From Mycoplasmatales bacterium (lineage in GTDB: Bacteria > Bacillota_I > Bacilli_A > CBDATW01): a DNA stretch of 64,000 nucleotides. Positions 41,861-51,989 of this stretch are shown here, piece by piece (positions within the stretch are counted from its first letter, which is position 1; each line of letters begins with the position of its first letter). The stretch covers positions 30,089 through 94,088 of the forward strand of contig CBDATW010000002.1 of NCBI GenBank assembly GCA_965200605.1. The letters are read 5' to 3'. The position numbers and the translations under genes were made by a program. The notes beneath the pieces are model-generated. The model was not told the DNA's origin. It saw nothing but the letters and a program-made list of their open reading frames with translations, and did not search any database.

Positions 41861-42268
41861 ATGAAAAAAATAATAAATCAAGAGTCTATTTATAAAATAA
41901 TTACTAAAGCAGACTTCAAAATAACTAAACCAAGAACAAAATTAATTAAAACACTTCTTAATAATAAGGAGTATTTAACTGCTAGTCAAATAATTAAAAA
42001 AATACCTGATTCTAATGTTGCAAGTATTTATAATAACATTTGATTATTAGAAAAACTAAAAATTGTTGATAAAATTACTTATAAATCTAAATCTTATTAT
42101 CAAATTCCTTTTGATCCCAATGAACACAATAAAGATTTTACTGGTTTTTATATTAATAAATCTAATAAAATCACTGCTTTTGATATTCAAGAAGAAGCTG
42201 AGCTATTAAAAAGTAAACTTCAAGGAGAAAAAATTTCCAAAATTAAAATTTATGTTTCTGAAAAATAA
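41861..42268 (+). CDS. Fur-family-like winged-helix regulator
   Basis: 135 aa. FKITKPRTKLIKTLLNNKEYLTASQIIKKIP..VASIYNNIWLLEKLKIV resembles the Fur N-terminal wHTH. No obvious His/Cys metal site. Confidence 0.5.
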
Positions 42269-42336
42269 TTTTTTTGCCTATTTTATTACAAATATTGTAT
42301 AATATTTGTGATAGAAAATGTTAGGTGGTGAAATTA

Positions 42337-42525
42337 ATGTCAGAAGTCATTGTAAAAGATGGTGAAAATCTTGAACAAGCCATTAAGCGCTTTCAAAGAT
42401 TATCAGCCGGAAAAAAAAGGCAACTTAGAGCAAGAAGAGAATATCTAAAACCAGGTGTTAAATCTAGGCTAAAATCTAAGGAAGCTAGAAAAAAAGCTGC
42501 CAAAAGAAACAAAAGAAGACGTTAA
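42337..42525 (+). CDS. rpsU: 30S ribosomal protein S21
   Basis: AGGTGGTG RBS and ATG 42337. MSEVIVKDGENLEQAIKRFQR..REYLKPGVKSRLKSKEARKKAAKR. Confidence 0.9.
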   Translation: MSEVIVKDGENLEQAIKRFQRLSAGKKRQLRARREYLKPGVKSRLKSKEARKKAAKRNKRRR

Positions 42526-42559
42526 TTAACTATCAAAATAAATTAAAGGAATATAAAAA

Positions 42560-43744
42560 ATGAAAAAATTATTTACATTACTTACAACAACAACATTAAT
42601 TGCTGCATGTGGATCATCAAAGGATAGCTCATCAAGTAAATATGCTAAAGATAATGCAAAAGGTAATTTTGCTCTTAATGTTGGAAACCAAAAATTAGAA
42701 CTCTCATCTAACTTCAACAAAGAAGTAGAAGACTTTAAATCTAAGTTTACTAAATTAGCAGAGAAATATGGCACAGATGCAAGAATAGCAACAGATAACC
42801 TTGCAATTGCAGAAATGCTTATTGAAGCTGGTGCTAATCTTGTTGCGCTTCCAGAATACCCAGATACATTAGAATCTGAAACAATCAAATATGGAACACA
42901 AAAATTTAATCCCAAAGAATATTCATGTGGGGAATTTGATAATCAAGAAGTTAAAAAAGAGGGTGACAAAAATGTTTGTTATATCAATGGCGTAAAATCT
43001 AAAACTATCACCCCAATAAAAAACATTAAATATGGACCAGTTGATACTAAAAAATTCTATAACCTAGGATTTGCATATAGTGTTGATTCAGAACAATTAA
43101 AGGCTTCAAAAGCAGAAGTATTTATTTCAACTAAATGAGATGTTGTTGAAACAAAAGTCGAGGGTATAGACCACATAGAACTAACATCATTTAATACATT
43201 AGAAGATATTTATAAATTTGCTTCAGCACTTGAGGTTTCATTTGCTGCAAATAAATCATTTGCTCCAAAATATAAATATGATATTTATCAAGCATATAAA
43301 CAGTCATCAAAACTTTTTGAAATTAATGAAGCAAAAGTACCAACAGTTCAATTTGTTTACCTAGATTCACAAGATAATGTTTGAGCAACAACAAAAGATT
43401 CTGCAGGAAACAAAATTGGACATAGATTTGGTTTTGCATCATCTATATTAGGTAGCGAAGCTAAACCTGTAAAAAATCTTTGAGCGGATTATGATTTTGA
43501 AATATCATCTAAAGCAATTGGTAAAAAAATCCAATCATCAGATGAAATTAAAGCAGACATACTAGTTGTATTTCTAGCATCAGAGTGAGGATTAAATACC
43601 CCTACTCATTCATATAATAAAATTATTTCAGGAACAGAAGCATACAAAAAAGCTAATGTGCTATATCTAGAAGATTCACAATATGGATCATCTGACTTGA
43701 TTGAAAATGTAAAAGAAATAGTTAAAAAAGTTTATGATAAATAG
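42560..43744 (+). CDS. lipoprotein, possible solute-binding protein
   Basis: Signal peptide with lipobox LIAAC|GSS. 394 aa, several TGA. LAIAEMLIEAGANLVALPE and ADILVVF weakly recall periplasmic-binding-protein folds. Confidence 0.7.
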
Positions 43745-43768
43745 TTAATTATTAACTATTTATATTAA

Positions 43769-43789
43769 AAAACAGCATATGCTGTTTTT
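43769..43789 (+). terminator. intrinsic terminator after the lipoprotein gene
   Basis: AAAACAGC atat GCTGTTTT. Preceded by a second hairpin ATAGTTAAT t ATTAACTAT (43741-59). Confidence 0.7.
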
Positions 43790-43833
43790 ATTTTATAGTA
43801 TAATAATTATGCTAAACAATTAAAGGAGTTATT

Positions 43834-44127
43834 ATGTATATAAATCTAAGATATGGTGATTCAGAAGCGATTATGAATTTTCTTGAAATAACAGAAGGCA
43901 AATATCAACTACTTTGCAATCAAAATTCAGATAAAGTCAAAATAATTAAAAATGATCAAAATAACGAAGCTATTTTGATTAAAGATGGAGAAAAATTTGA
44001 TGTTTCAGTAGAATGAGAAGAAGACCCATTAAAAGTTCAAGCTATTTGAGATGCATTTGAAGAGCAAGGTGCTAATTACTTCGGAAGTGCTGAAGATCTA
44101 TTTGGCATGATTGTAACTATTAAATAA
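43834..44127 (+). CDS. hypothetical small acidic protein
   Basis: AAAGGAG RBS, 97 aa, two TGA. No recognisable motif (..VSVEWEEDPLKVQAIWDAFEEQGANYFGSAEDLF..). Confidence 0.5.
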
Positions 44128-44157
44128 TAAAACAAGTAAAAATAAACCTGCTTGTTT

Positions 44158-44763
44158 TTATTTAAAATCATAGTTTTTTATTAATTTATTAAATCTTCTT
44201 TTAAAAAATTGATTATAAGATTTTATTTCATCAAAACCCAGATTATTATCTACTATAAACCTATCAATAATTCTATAATGCTTATCATTTCTAAAATCAG
44301 CCACTTGAATTAATTCATATAACTCAAAGATTTTTACAGTTTTTGCATTAATTACTATTTTGGTTGGTTTTATTTCAATATTTCCCTGTTTTTTAGGTGT
44401 TTGAATTAAATTAGTGTAAATTACCAGTTTTTTAGGGTATCCCTCTATTAAACCATACTTATTTCATAGTCATTCTTTAGCTACAAAACCATTATTATCA
44501 TTACAATAAAAACTTATCATTGAATTTCAATCATTAAAGTTAATTTCTTGATAATCTTCTTGATTTGTAAAAATTCCACGACTAACTTTTTTTATTTTTT
44601 TATTTTTTCATAGTGTATGCAAAACTACAGTTATGTAACTTAATGATTTTTTTTCAGAATATTTTTGGTCAAAAATAATACGATTTGAAAGATAAATTTC
44701 TTTAGCTGAAAATTTACCTTCAAATTTTAATATGATCTTCTCAATTGTAGTTTTTCTAATCAT
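44158..44763 (-). CDS. hypothetical protein with AbiEi/DUF6088-like N-terminal winged helix
   Basis: ATG 44763 to TAA 44158-60. All 202 codons checked, 6 TGA=Trp, so it is absent from the track. ..FSAKEIY..VVLHTLWKNKKIKKVSRGIFTN matches the 'L..L.k.g.i.rv.RGiY' pattern of AbiEi-type antitoxins. Confidence 0.45.
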
Positions 44764-44857
44764 TTTCTTTCTCTATATTACAATATGTATTATATTATTA
44801 TTTATAATAATATAATACTATATGTAATATAAAAGTCAAGTTTTTTTTTAAAAAAAA

Positions 44858-46336
44858 TTATCATTTTTTTCTAATAACACCCATAAATACTACTAAAATC
44901 AAGAGTGAAAAAAATTGAAACTTTTTTGATTTTGGATTAATTTTTTTAAATATTGAAAATGAAAAATTTGGGTTTTTTGAATCAGTTTTCACTATTTTAT
45001 CTTGATAATTTATCTGAAAATTCTGCTCAAATTTCTTTTTTTCTTGTTTTAAAACTAGCTCATCCTCTTCTTGGCTCTGTCTTTCTCTTCTGGAATTATT
45101 AACTTTTTGCTGTTTTTTAACTTGAATTTTTGCATTTTCTTTTACCACAAGGCTATATATGACTTTGTAGCTATAATTTAGTATATTATTTCCATCATTC
45201 ATTGAAATTGTAAGTTTTTGCGATTCTTTATTAGGGGTTTTTTCTCCTCAAACTATTTTAATATCCAAAAAACTTTTATCATAAACATTAAAATTGAAGA
45301 AATTTGTCTCTTTAAAGATACTTTTTATTATTTTTTCTTTATCATCATGATTAAATTTAATAATTTTATCAACAAAGGGCTCTAGGTGAATAAAATCATT
45401 TATTTTAAAGGGATCAAAAGATTCATACATTCCTGCACGTCACCCTTTAATATAGGGTGTAGGATTATTAATTTTTCTTTGATAATTTCTTCACATTGGA
45501 GAATGTCATTTATAGATATATCCAACATTTGACCCTTTAATATATGGTATTTTAATAATATTATCATTATTATCACCTGCAACTGCTTTTAAAATTTTAC
45601 CACTTTTATTCACTTTTACTACACCAGCTGCAGGTCTAAATTTATTGTCAAAAAAGTACATATTACCAAATTTAATTGGTCTTGAAATATCAACGTTAAA
45701 TTTATCTTGATTCATAACAATATAAGCTTTGTAACCACTACGATCATTAGGGTTGCAAAATGCATGATTTGGTACATCTATGGGTTGCCAAGCTGAATAT
45801 AGCTTATCATCACCCTTTTTATAATATTTAATTTCAATTGGTCAAGCCATATTTGCATTTCATTTTAATCCTGTATCTTTTAATGTACAGTATGTATTTC
45901 AGCCTCCTGCAATTAATGTATTAATTTGTCTATTTTCAGATTGACTTTCAATAAAGATTACTTCATCTCCATTTTTTAAAGTATCTGCAGCAGCACTTCA
46001 TCTAACCATTTTTTCATTATTTATAATGACATAAATGGGATAACCAGAACGTTCATTTGGAATTGTTAATTCTGGATTTATTGATTTAACATAATTAATA
46101 GCTTTGTTATTATATATAATTTTATCTAAAATGAATTTATATGAATTTCCATAAGATATATTTTCTAAATATTTCTTTTTTCATCCTTGCTGGTTTATTG
46201 GGCTTGCTTCTTTTTTACTATAAAAAACATCACTTGATTGTTCTATTTGATGATTTGGTTTTTTTGGATTATGATTTAAAAAGTTTAGTGTATTTCAACC
46301 AAGAAATAGTGATGTTATTATTGATATTATTCTCAT
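44858..46336 (-). CDS. hypothetical 492-aa surface/membrane protein with internal repeats and a C-terminal anchor
   Basis: AGGAGGA RBS and ATG 46336. One frame joins track ORFs 45506-45715, 45248-45430 and 44861-45202 through TGA (all triplets checked). N-terminal hydrophobic leader. Repeats PNERSGYPIYVIINNEK / PNDRSGYKAYIVMNQDK and PYIKGSNVGY / PYIKGWRAGM. Charged region, then FFSLLILVVFMGVI. Confidence 0.7.
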
Positions 46337-46462
46337 TTTTATATTTCCTCCTACAATATCTATAACCAAAAAAAATAACAATTCCTAATTTTTTATTAAA
46401 AAATAAACAACTTTTTATATGCTGTTTACTTTAATTTGTAATGATATTTTTCAAGATATGAA

Positions 46463-46873
46463 TTAACTGATTTTATCAATAACAGCATTGATAAAAATAA
46501 TAGATTGAGAATAACTATATAATTTAGCAATTTCAATTGTTTCATTGATAACAATGGCTTTATTAGTATCTGTATTTAAAAGCTCATATGAAGCCATCAA
46601 CAATAATGCTTGATCTTGAGATTGCAATCTATCAAAAGTTCAACCCTCTTTTAGATGAGTATTTATTTTTGCTATTAATTGCTCTTTTTGATCAATTGTA
46701 TTTTCAAGTAGTTCTTGTGCAAAAGTATTTACAAAATTAAATTCAGAATTTTCAAATAAGTTTTTTATAAATGTATCTTTGCTTTCATTTAAAATTAAAA
46801 ATGCTGTAAGTTGCTCAAGTGCAAAAATTCGACAATCTCTTCTCTTTTTAAAATTAAACCTTTGTTCTTTCAT
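46463..46873 (-). CDS. nusB: transcription antitermination factor NusB
   Basis: RRDCRIFALEQL.. and W..DRLQSQDQALLLMASYELL..INETIEIAK are NusB patterns. One TGA. The start lies 2 nt after the efp stop. Confidence 0.85.
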
Positions 46874-46875
46874 TA

Positions 46876-47439
46876 CTAATTTCCTCTACCACTATATTTA
46901 CCATCAGCAGTTGAAATTTCAATAACTTCACCTTTTTTGATAAAACCAGGAGTATAAAGTTCAAATCCGGTATCTAATTTAACTTTAATTTGAACATTTG
47001 TTGCTGTATCCCCCTTGATGGATGGTTCTGCTTCAACTACTTTTAAATTAACTTTAGGCTTTAATTCAATGCCTAAAATTTCATCTCCTTGAAAAGTTCT
47101 TATATCACAAGAATTTCCTTCCTTTAAAAAGTTTAATTCTCATGCAATTTGCACTTTTGGAATTTCAACTTGATCATAAGTTTTGTTGTTCATAAAAATA
47201 GCATTTTCTCCATGAGTATAAAGATATTGCATTTGCACTTTGCTAATCATAGCTTTTTGAAATTTATCATTTGAACCAAAAGTATTGGTAGTAATTGCCC
47301 CACTTCTTAAGTTTCTCATTTTAACTTTAATATTAGCTGCAGCTCTTGCTGTTTTATTGTGACTAATTTCCATACAAACAAAAATATCTTCATTGTGTTG
47401 AAACGTCATTCCTGTTCTTAAATCACTTGATGAAATCAC
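46876..47439 (-). CDS. efp: elongation factor P
   Basis: GTG 47439 after AGGAGA. ISSSDLRTGMTFQHNEDIFVCMEISHNKTARAAANIKVKMRNLRSG. One TGA. 187 aa. Confidence 0.9.
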
Positions 47440-47518
47440 ATTATTTCTCCTATCTTATTGATTATAACATAAATAAAAAAACCACTATCCACTATAGCAG
47501 TTTTGATTATAAAATAAA

Positions 47519-47668
47519 CTATTTTTTTTCTTTATGAGTAGTTTTGGCATTGCATCTTGAACAATACTTTTGAATTTCCATTTTATCTGGATGCTCTTTT
47601 TTATTCTTTTTACCAATGTAATTTTCTTCTTTACATAAAGTACATCTAAATTGTATTTTTACCCTCAT
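47519..47668 (-). CDS. rpmG: 50S ribosomal protein L33
   Basis: [57 protein letters not shown]. Confidence 0.9.
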   Translation of the reverse strand: MRVKIQFRCTLCKEENYIGKKNKKEHPDKMEIQKYCSRCNAKTTHKEKK

Positions 47669-47726
47669 AATTGCCTCCTGTTTATTTAACCATAAAAAAT
47701 TATATCATATTTCTAAATAATTTTTT

Positions 47727-48395
47727 TTAGAAATGGAAATTGGCAAGTCCCTTACCAATAAAATAAAGTGCCAATGCCCAACCATTATTAATAAAGTGCA
47801 TTACTATACACTGAAATAAATTCTCTGTTTTATAATAATAATATGAAAAAGCAAAACTTAATATTAGATATGGAATTAATTCAGCAACAATTTGCATACC
47901 ACTTTTTTGCAACATAAATGAAAGCCATATATGAACTGCTCCAAATAAAATTGTAGTTATTATTAATGCAATTTTTTTATTTCATTTACCAATAAATTCT
48001 TGAAGCATACCTCTAAAAAATATTTCTTCAATAATTGGAGCAAATATGATAACTGATCCAATTGTTAAATATGTCTTGATACCACCTTTGCCAAGAGCTT
48101 CTATAATTGCTTTTTGATTTTCTGATGATGGCTTAATATCTAATAAAGTAAAAAGTAACCCAATTATAATATTTATAATTAAAGCAATAAAAATATATTC
48201 AAATATTCTTTTTCAATCTTTTGGTCTTATTTTAAAATCAAATCATCTTTTTGTAGCTATAAATCATAAAACTGTCATTAAAATAATAAATGTATTTCCA
48301 ATATATGGACTTATTTGACTTATTGGAATTGACAAAATCATCAACATAAATATAACTGCAATATCATTTGTATTAAATTTAGTAATTAATTTCAT
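47727..48395 (-). CDS. CPBP-family intramembrane metalloprotease
   Basis: IIEEIFFRG, FGAVH and VMHFINNG motifs in a polytopic protein. Several TGA. The ATG overlaps the upstream stop (TAATG). Confidence 0.75.
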
Positions 48396-49027
48396 TATTT
48401 CTCCTTTATGCTTGGATTATTTTTCTTTTCATAACCAATTGTTGTTTGCTGTCCGTGGCCCGGTCATACAATAGTACTATCTTCTAAAGTATACAACTTT
48501 TCTTGAATAGATGCCTTGATTTTTTCTAAATTGCTCTTTTGAAAGTCAGTTCTACCTACTGTTTCAAAAAATAATGTATCACCAGTAAAGACAGTATTAA
48601 TTTCTTTGAAAAAATAACAAGTTGAGCCTGGCGTATGTCCAGGTGTTTTAATCATTTCAAATTCAATATCACCAATTTTTTCTTTTCCATCAACTGTTGG
48701 TTGGTAATCAAAATCTAATTGTAAATCCATTGAAAAATGCTCTCCAATTTCATTTAGGGGACCAAAAGGATCATCTAAATAAAACTGATCTTCTTTTCCA
48801 AGATAAATGTTAATATTATATTTTTCTTGAAAATATTTTGCAGAAGCTATGTGATCAAAATGACCATGAGTTAATAAAATTGCATTTGGTTGAATTTTTA
48901 ATTCATCAATTCACCCTTCAATTTTAGTTAAATCTAATCCAGGATCAATTAAAATTGCTGTTTTATTACTTTGGACTATAAAAACATTATTTTTTATTTT
49001 TCCTTGTATTAATTTGTGTAATTTCAT
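48395..49027 (-). CDS. MBL-fold metallo-hydrolase
   Basis: LLTHGHFDHI, TPGHTPGS and GDTLF motifs. Overlaps both neighbours by 1 nt. Confidence 0.8.
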
Positions 49028-49884
49028 TATCTTGACTCTCTTAACAATTTGATTTCTTCTTTATATGGGGCATTTTTATCAATATAAGGCGTTTCTAGCA
49101 CTTTTACCAAACCATCTAATCTTGGATGTCAAACAATACTGCTAAGAGCTTGTAAACCAATAAAACCTTTATCGATATTTTCATGACGATCTTTGGCATT
49201 ACCTAATTTGTTTTTAGAATCATTGATATGTAAAACAGATATTTTTTCAATTCCAATTATATTATCAAATTCATTTATTACATCATCTAAATTATTTTTA
49301 ATATCATATCCAGCATCAAAAACATGACATGTATCAAAACATACACTAATTAAATCTTGATGTTTTACACCATCTATCATATATTTGATTTCTTCAAAAG
49401 TTTTTCCAACCTCTGTTCCTTTACCGGCCATTGTTTCAAGGGCAATTGTTACACCTAAATCTGGATCAATAATTTCATTTAATCCTTTTATTATTCAATC
49501 CATAGCTTGCTTTGGACTTTCTTTTAAATGATTACCAGGGTGCAAAACCATTATTTTTGAGCCCAAATCATATGTTCTTTTGTATTCTTCTTTTAAAAAT
49601 TTAATAGCAAATTCTCTTTTAGTTTTTTCACCATTAGCTAAATTAACAATATAAGGAGCATGAATAATTATGGATTCTACATCCATATTATTTTCTTTCA
49701 TTAACTGGTGACCAGCATTAATTTGCATCATTGTAGTTTCTATTCTTTTAGTATTCTGGGGAGGGCCAGTATAAATCATTAAAGCATTAGCATCATAGCT
49801 TAATGCTTCTTTTACTGAGCCAATCAAATAATCATTTGATTTTGACATAGATACATGAGATCCAAGTTTTAGATTATATTTCAT
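49027..49884 (-). CDS. nfo: endonuclease IV
   Basis: LGSHVS.., [30 protein letters not shown] and LHINDSKN motifs. Track ORFs 49495-49884 and 49129-49431 join in one frame. Confidence 0.9.
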
Positions 49885-50210
49885 TATTTAACCTTCTTGA
49901 TTTTAACTTCAAAAACAGCTTTTTTACCAGCAAGACTTTTTTCTACATAATCATCTGGAAATTTCACAGTTACTTCAACTGCATCTCCTTCTTTGTATCC
50001 AACCAGTTGCTCTTCAAAACCAGGAATAAATATTTTTGATCCTAGTTTAAGACGAAAATCCTTAGCTTCTCCTCCAAAAAATGGCACTCCATCTACAAAA
50101 CCTTTAAAGTCAATTACAACAGTGGAACCTATCTCAGATGTTTTAGACTTACCACATGCTCCAAATGTTGTAGTAAGAGTCAATGATAATAATGTTTTTA
50201 ATAATTTCAT
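49884..50210 (-). CDS. FKBP-type peptidyl-prolyl isomerase lipoprotein
   Basis: Lipobox TFGAC. VVIDFKGFVDGVPFFGGEAKDFRLKLGSKIFIPGFEEQLVG is the FKBP/trigger-factor PPIase core. Confidence 0.65.
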   Translation of the reverse strand: MKLLKTLLSLTLTTTFGACGKSKTSEIGSTVVIDFKGFVDGVPFFGGEAKDFRLKLGSKIFIPGFEEQLVGYKEGDAVEVTVKFPDDYVEKSLAGKKAVFEVKIKKVK

Positions 50211-50261
50211 AACTAATCCTTTTCAAATAAAATTATAACAAAAAAAGGAATGCATTTTCTT

Positions 50262-51239
50262 TTATCATAAATTATTTTTTAATTTTTCTTCTTGTGAAAA
50301 TTTCAATAAAAGTTTTTCTAATTGATTTATGTCACTTTTGGATAAATAATGAGATGGCTTAACTGGCGAGTATTTTTCATACAAGGAATTAAATTTTTTT
50401 CAATAATATTTTGCATTTTTATTTTTAAATTTTTTTAAATCAAAATTGGGATCTTTGCATTCAATATAAAATGTATCACTTCCAAATTTTGTAGAAACTT
50501 GAACTAGAGTCTCTCTTTTGCTTTCTTCTCAAATTTCTTTTGCTATATCATCTGCAATTAATTTTAGAGTTTTATCACCTTTGGTGTAGTCTTTACCAGT
50601 AAAGGCTCCTCCTCCATGAGGAACTCCATTTCCGTGCCTTTCAGCAATTAATTTTCTACCAACTGCACCAGAATCAGCATTAGCTCCAGATTTTTTAAAT
50701 AGTGTTGGATGAATAACATTTAATTTTTCTAAATCTTCTTTTGAGATTCCCTCTTCAATTGAAATTGTGGTTTTATCATCAAATTTAATTAATTTACCAT
50801 CAGGTAATTCTTTTTTATGTAATTTAGTGATTTTTTTACCAAGATCTTTAAGTTTGCTATGAGCAGGGGTAATGTTTTTACCATCTTTTGAACAAAAGCC
50901 ATAGGCAATTGTGTTATCTCCTCATGCTCCAATTGAATTATTAAAAATTTCAGCTGACTGTTTTTGTCATAAGTGAATAACCTTAATTTTTTCATCAGTT
51001 TGTTTTGCTAAAATTGTTTTAACAATTCAATTTACCAACTCTTTAAAAGATTGCTCACTAAGTGATGTTTTAAATTCTCCACCAATTGCAAAATTATTTC
51101 CAACATAAAGTGCCTCAACAGCTGCCCGTCCATCTAAACCATCAAGGTTATAAAGAGCCATAGCAATAGTTTCTGCTATTCCATCTGTAATTCTATCAGG
51201 ATGACCACCTAGCACATATTCAGAATTTGTAAGAATCAT
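50262..51239 (-). CDS. metK: S-adenosylmethionine synthetase (compact, 325 aa)
   Basis: TNSEYVLGGHPDRITDGIAE, GAWGDNTIAYGF and HGGGAFTGKDYTKGDK correspond to the MetK motifs (GHPDK, GAGDQG.MFGYA, GGGAFSGKDPTK). One frame, five TGA. Confidence 0.75.
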
Positions 51240-51297
51240 TCTTACCCCCTATTTTAATATTATTTTGCATTCTTTGGTTGTATCATGCTTCTATAAA

Positions 51298-51306
51298 ATT
51301 ATACCA
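51298..51306 (-). promoter_or_regulatory. extended -10 promoter element of metK
   Basis: The minus strand reads TGgTATAAT about 55 nt upstream of ATG 51239. Confidence 0.45.
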
Positions 51307-51308
51307 CG

Positions 51309-51330
51309 AAAAAAGCAGGTAATAACCTAC
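51309..51330 (-). terminator. intrinsic terminator upstream of the metK promoter
   Basis: Minus-strand RNA GUAGGU uauu ACCUGC followed by U6. Confidence 0.55.
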
Positions 51331-51536
51331 TTTATAAAAGCCAATGACATTAAGCAGCTTATAACAAATAAGTAAACTCAAAATTCTTTTGGTTTAAAAA
51401 AATCTTCCTTGAGCAGTTAATGTATTTTTGTTAATCATTTCAGTCATAACTACTGTAAATATTCATGTTGAAATTATAAATATAACTTTAGGAAAAGTTA
51501 AATTTGGTAATAATCTTAAAAATAACATATCTATTC

Positions 51537-51980
51537 TTATAACCTTTTATCTAGATCAAGCACTTTTAGTCCTGCTTGATCACACATTTTTCTTTCAAAC
51601 TTTTCTTTATATGTATGCATTACTATTTCAACAGTTACACCACATTTAGCATTAAATAAATGTCCAGCAAATGTTACAACCTTTTTATTTTCATCCATAT
51701 TACAAAATGTTGCATGAGAATGAATTACATATTCTTCACCTACAAATGAAATATTTCCAATCATTGAAATCAATTCTGAAAGTCTATTTTCTTTAAAATG
51801 AGTGTATTTCCCATCTTCATAAACACCATATTCAAAGTCAATTACAGCCCCAATTCCCTTAAATTCTGCAAATTTAACATTTTTTTCTTTACAAAATTTT
51901 GTAATTTCAGAATAAAGTTCTTTTCCAGTTTCTACTCTTAATAAATATGTATCTAATTTATTAATTTTTGCATTTATCAT
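51537..51980 (-). CDS. PPC/DUF296-domain protein
   Basis: 147 aa. LRVETGKELYSEITKFCKEKNVKFAEFKGIGAV..HSHATF..GHLFNAKCGVTVEIV fits the PPC (DUF296) fold pattern. Confidence 0.55.
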   Translation of the reverse strand: MINAKINKLDTYLLRVETGKELYSEITKFCKEKNVKFAEFKGIGAVIDFEYGVYEDGKYTHFKENRLSELISMIGNISFVGEEYVIHSHATFCNMDENKKVVTFAGHLFNAKCGVTVEIVMHTYKEKFERKMCDQAGLKVLDLDKRL

Positions 51981-51989
51981 TTTTAACTC

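Noticed and set aside
42526-42915. 129-aa minus-strand ORF.
   Set aside because: It runs antisense to the lipoprotein gene, which has a signal peptide and lipobox. There is no support for the minus-strand ORF.
45400-45582. 60-aa minus-strand track ORF.
   Set aside because: It is out of frame relative to the continuous 44858-46336 CDS that joins the three neighbouring track ORFs.
46141-46365. 74-aa plus-strand hydrophobic ORF.
   Set aside because: It lies antisense to the 5' part of the 492-aa surface protein gene. That gene has a strong AGGAGGA RBS and an uninterrupted code-4 frame. The plus-strand ORF has no RBS.
51240-51300. SAM riboswitch upstream of metK.
   Set aside because: The leader is about 55 nt and lacks S-box, SAM-II or SMK conserved segments.
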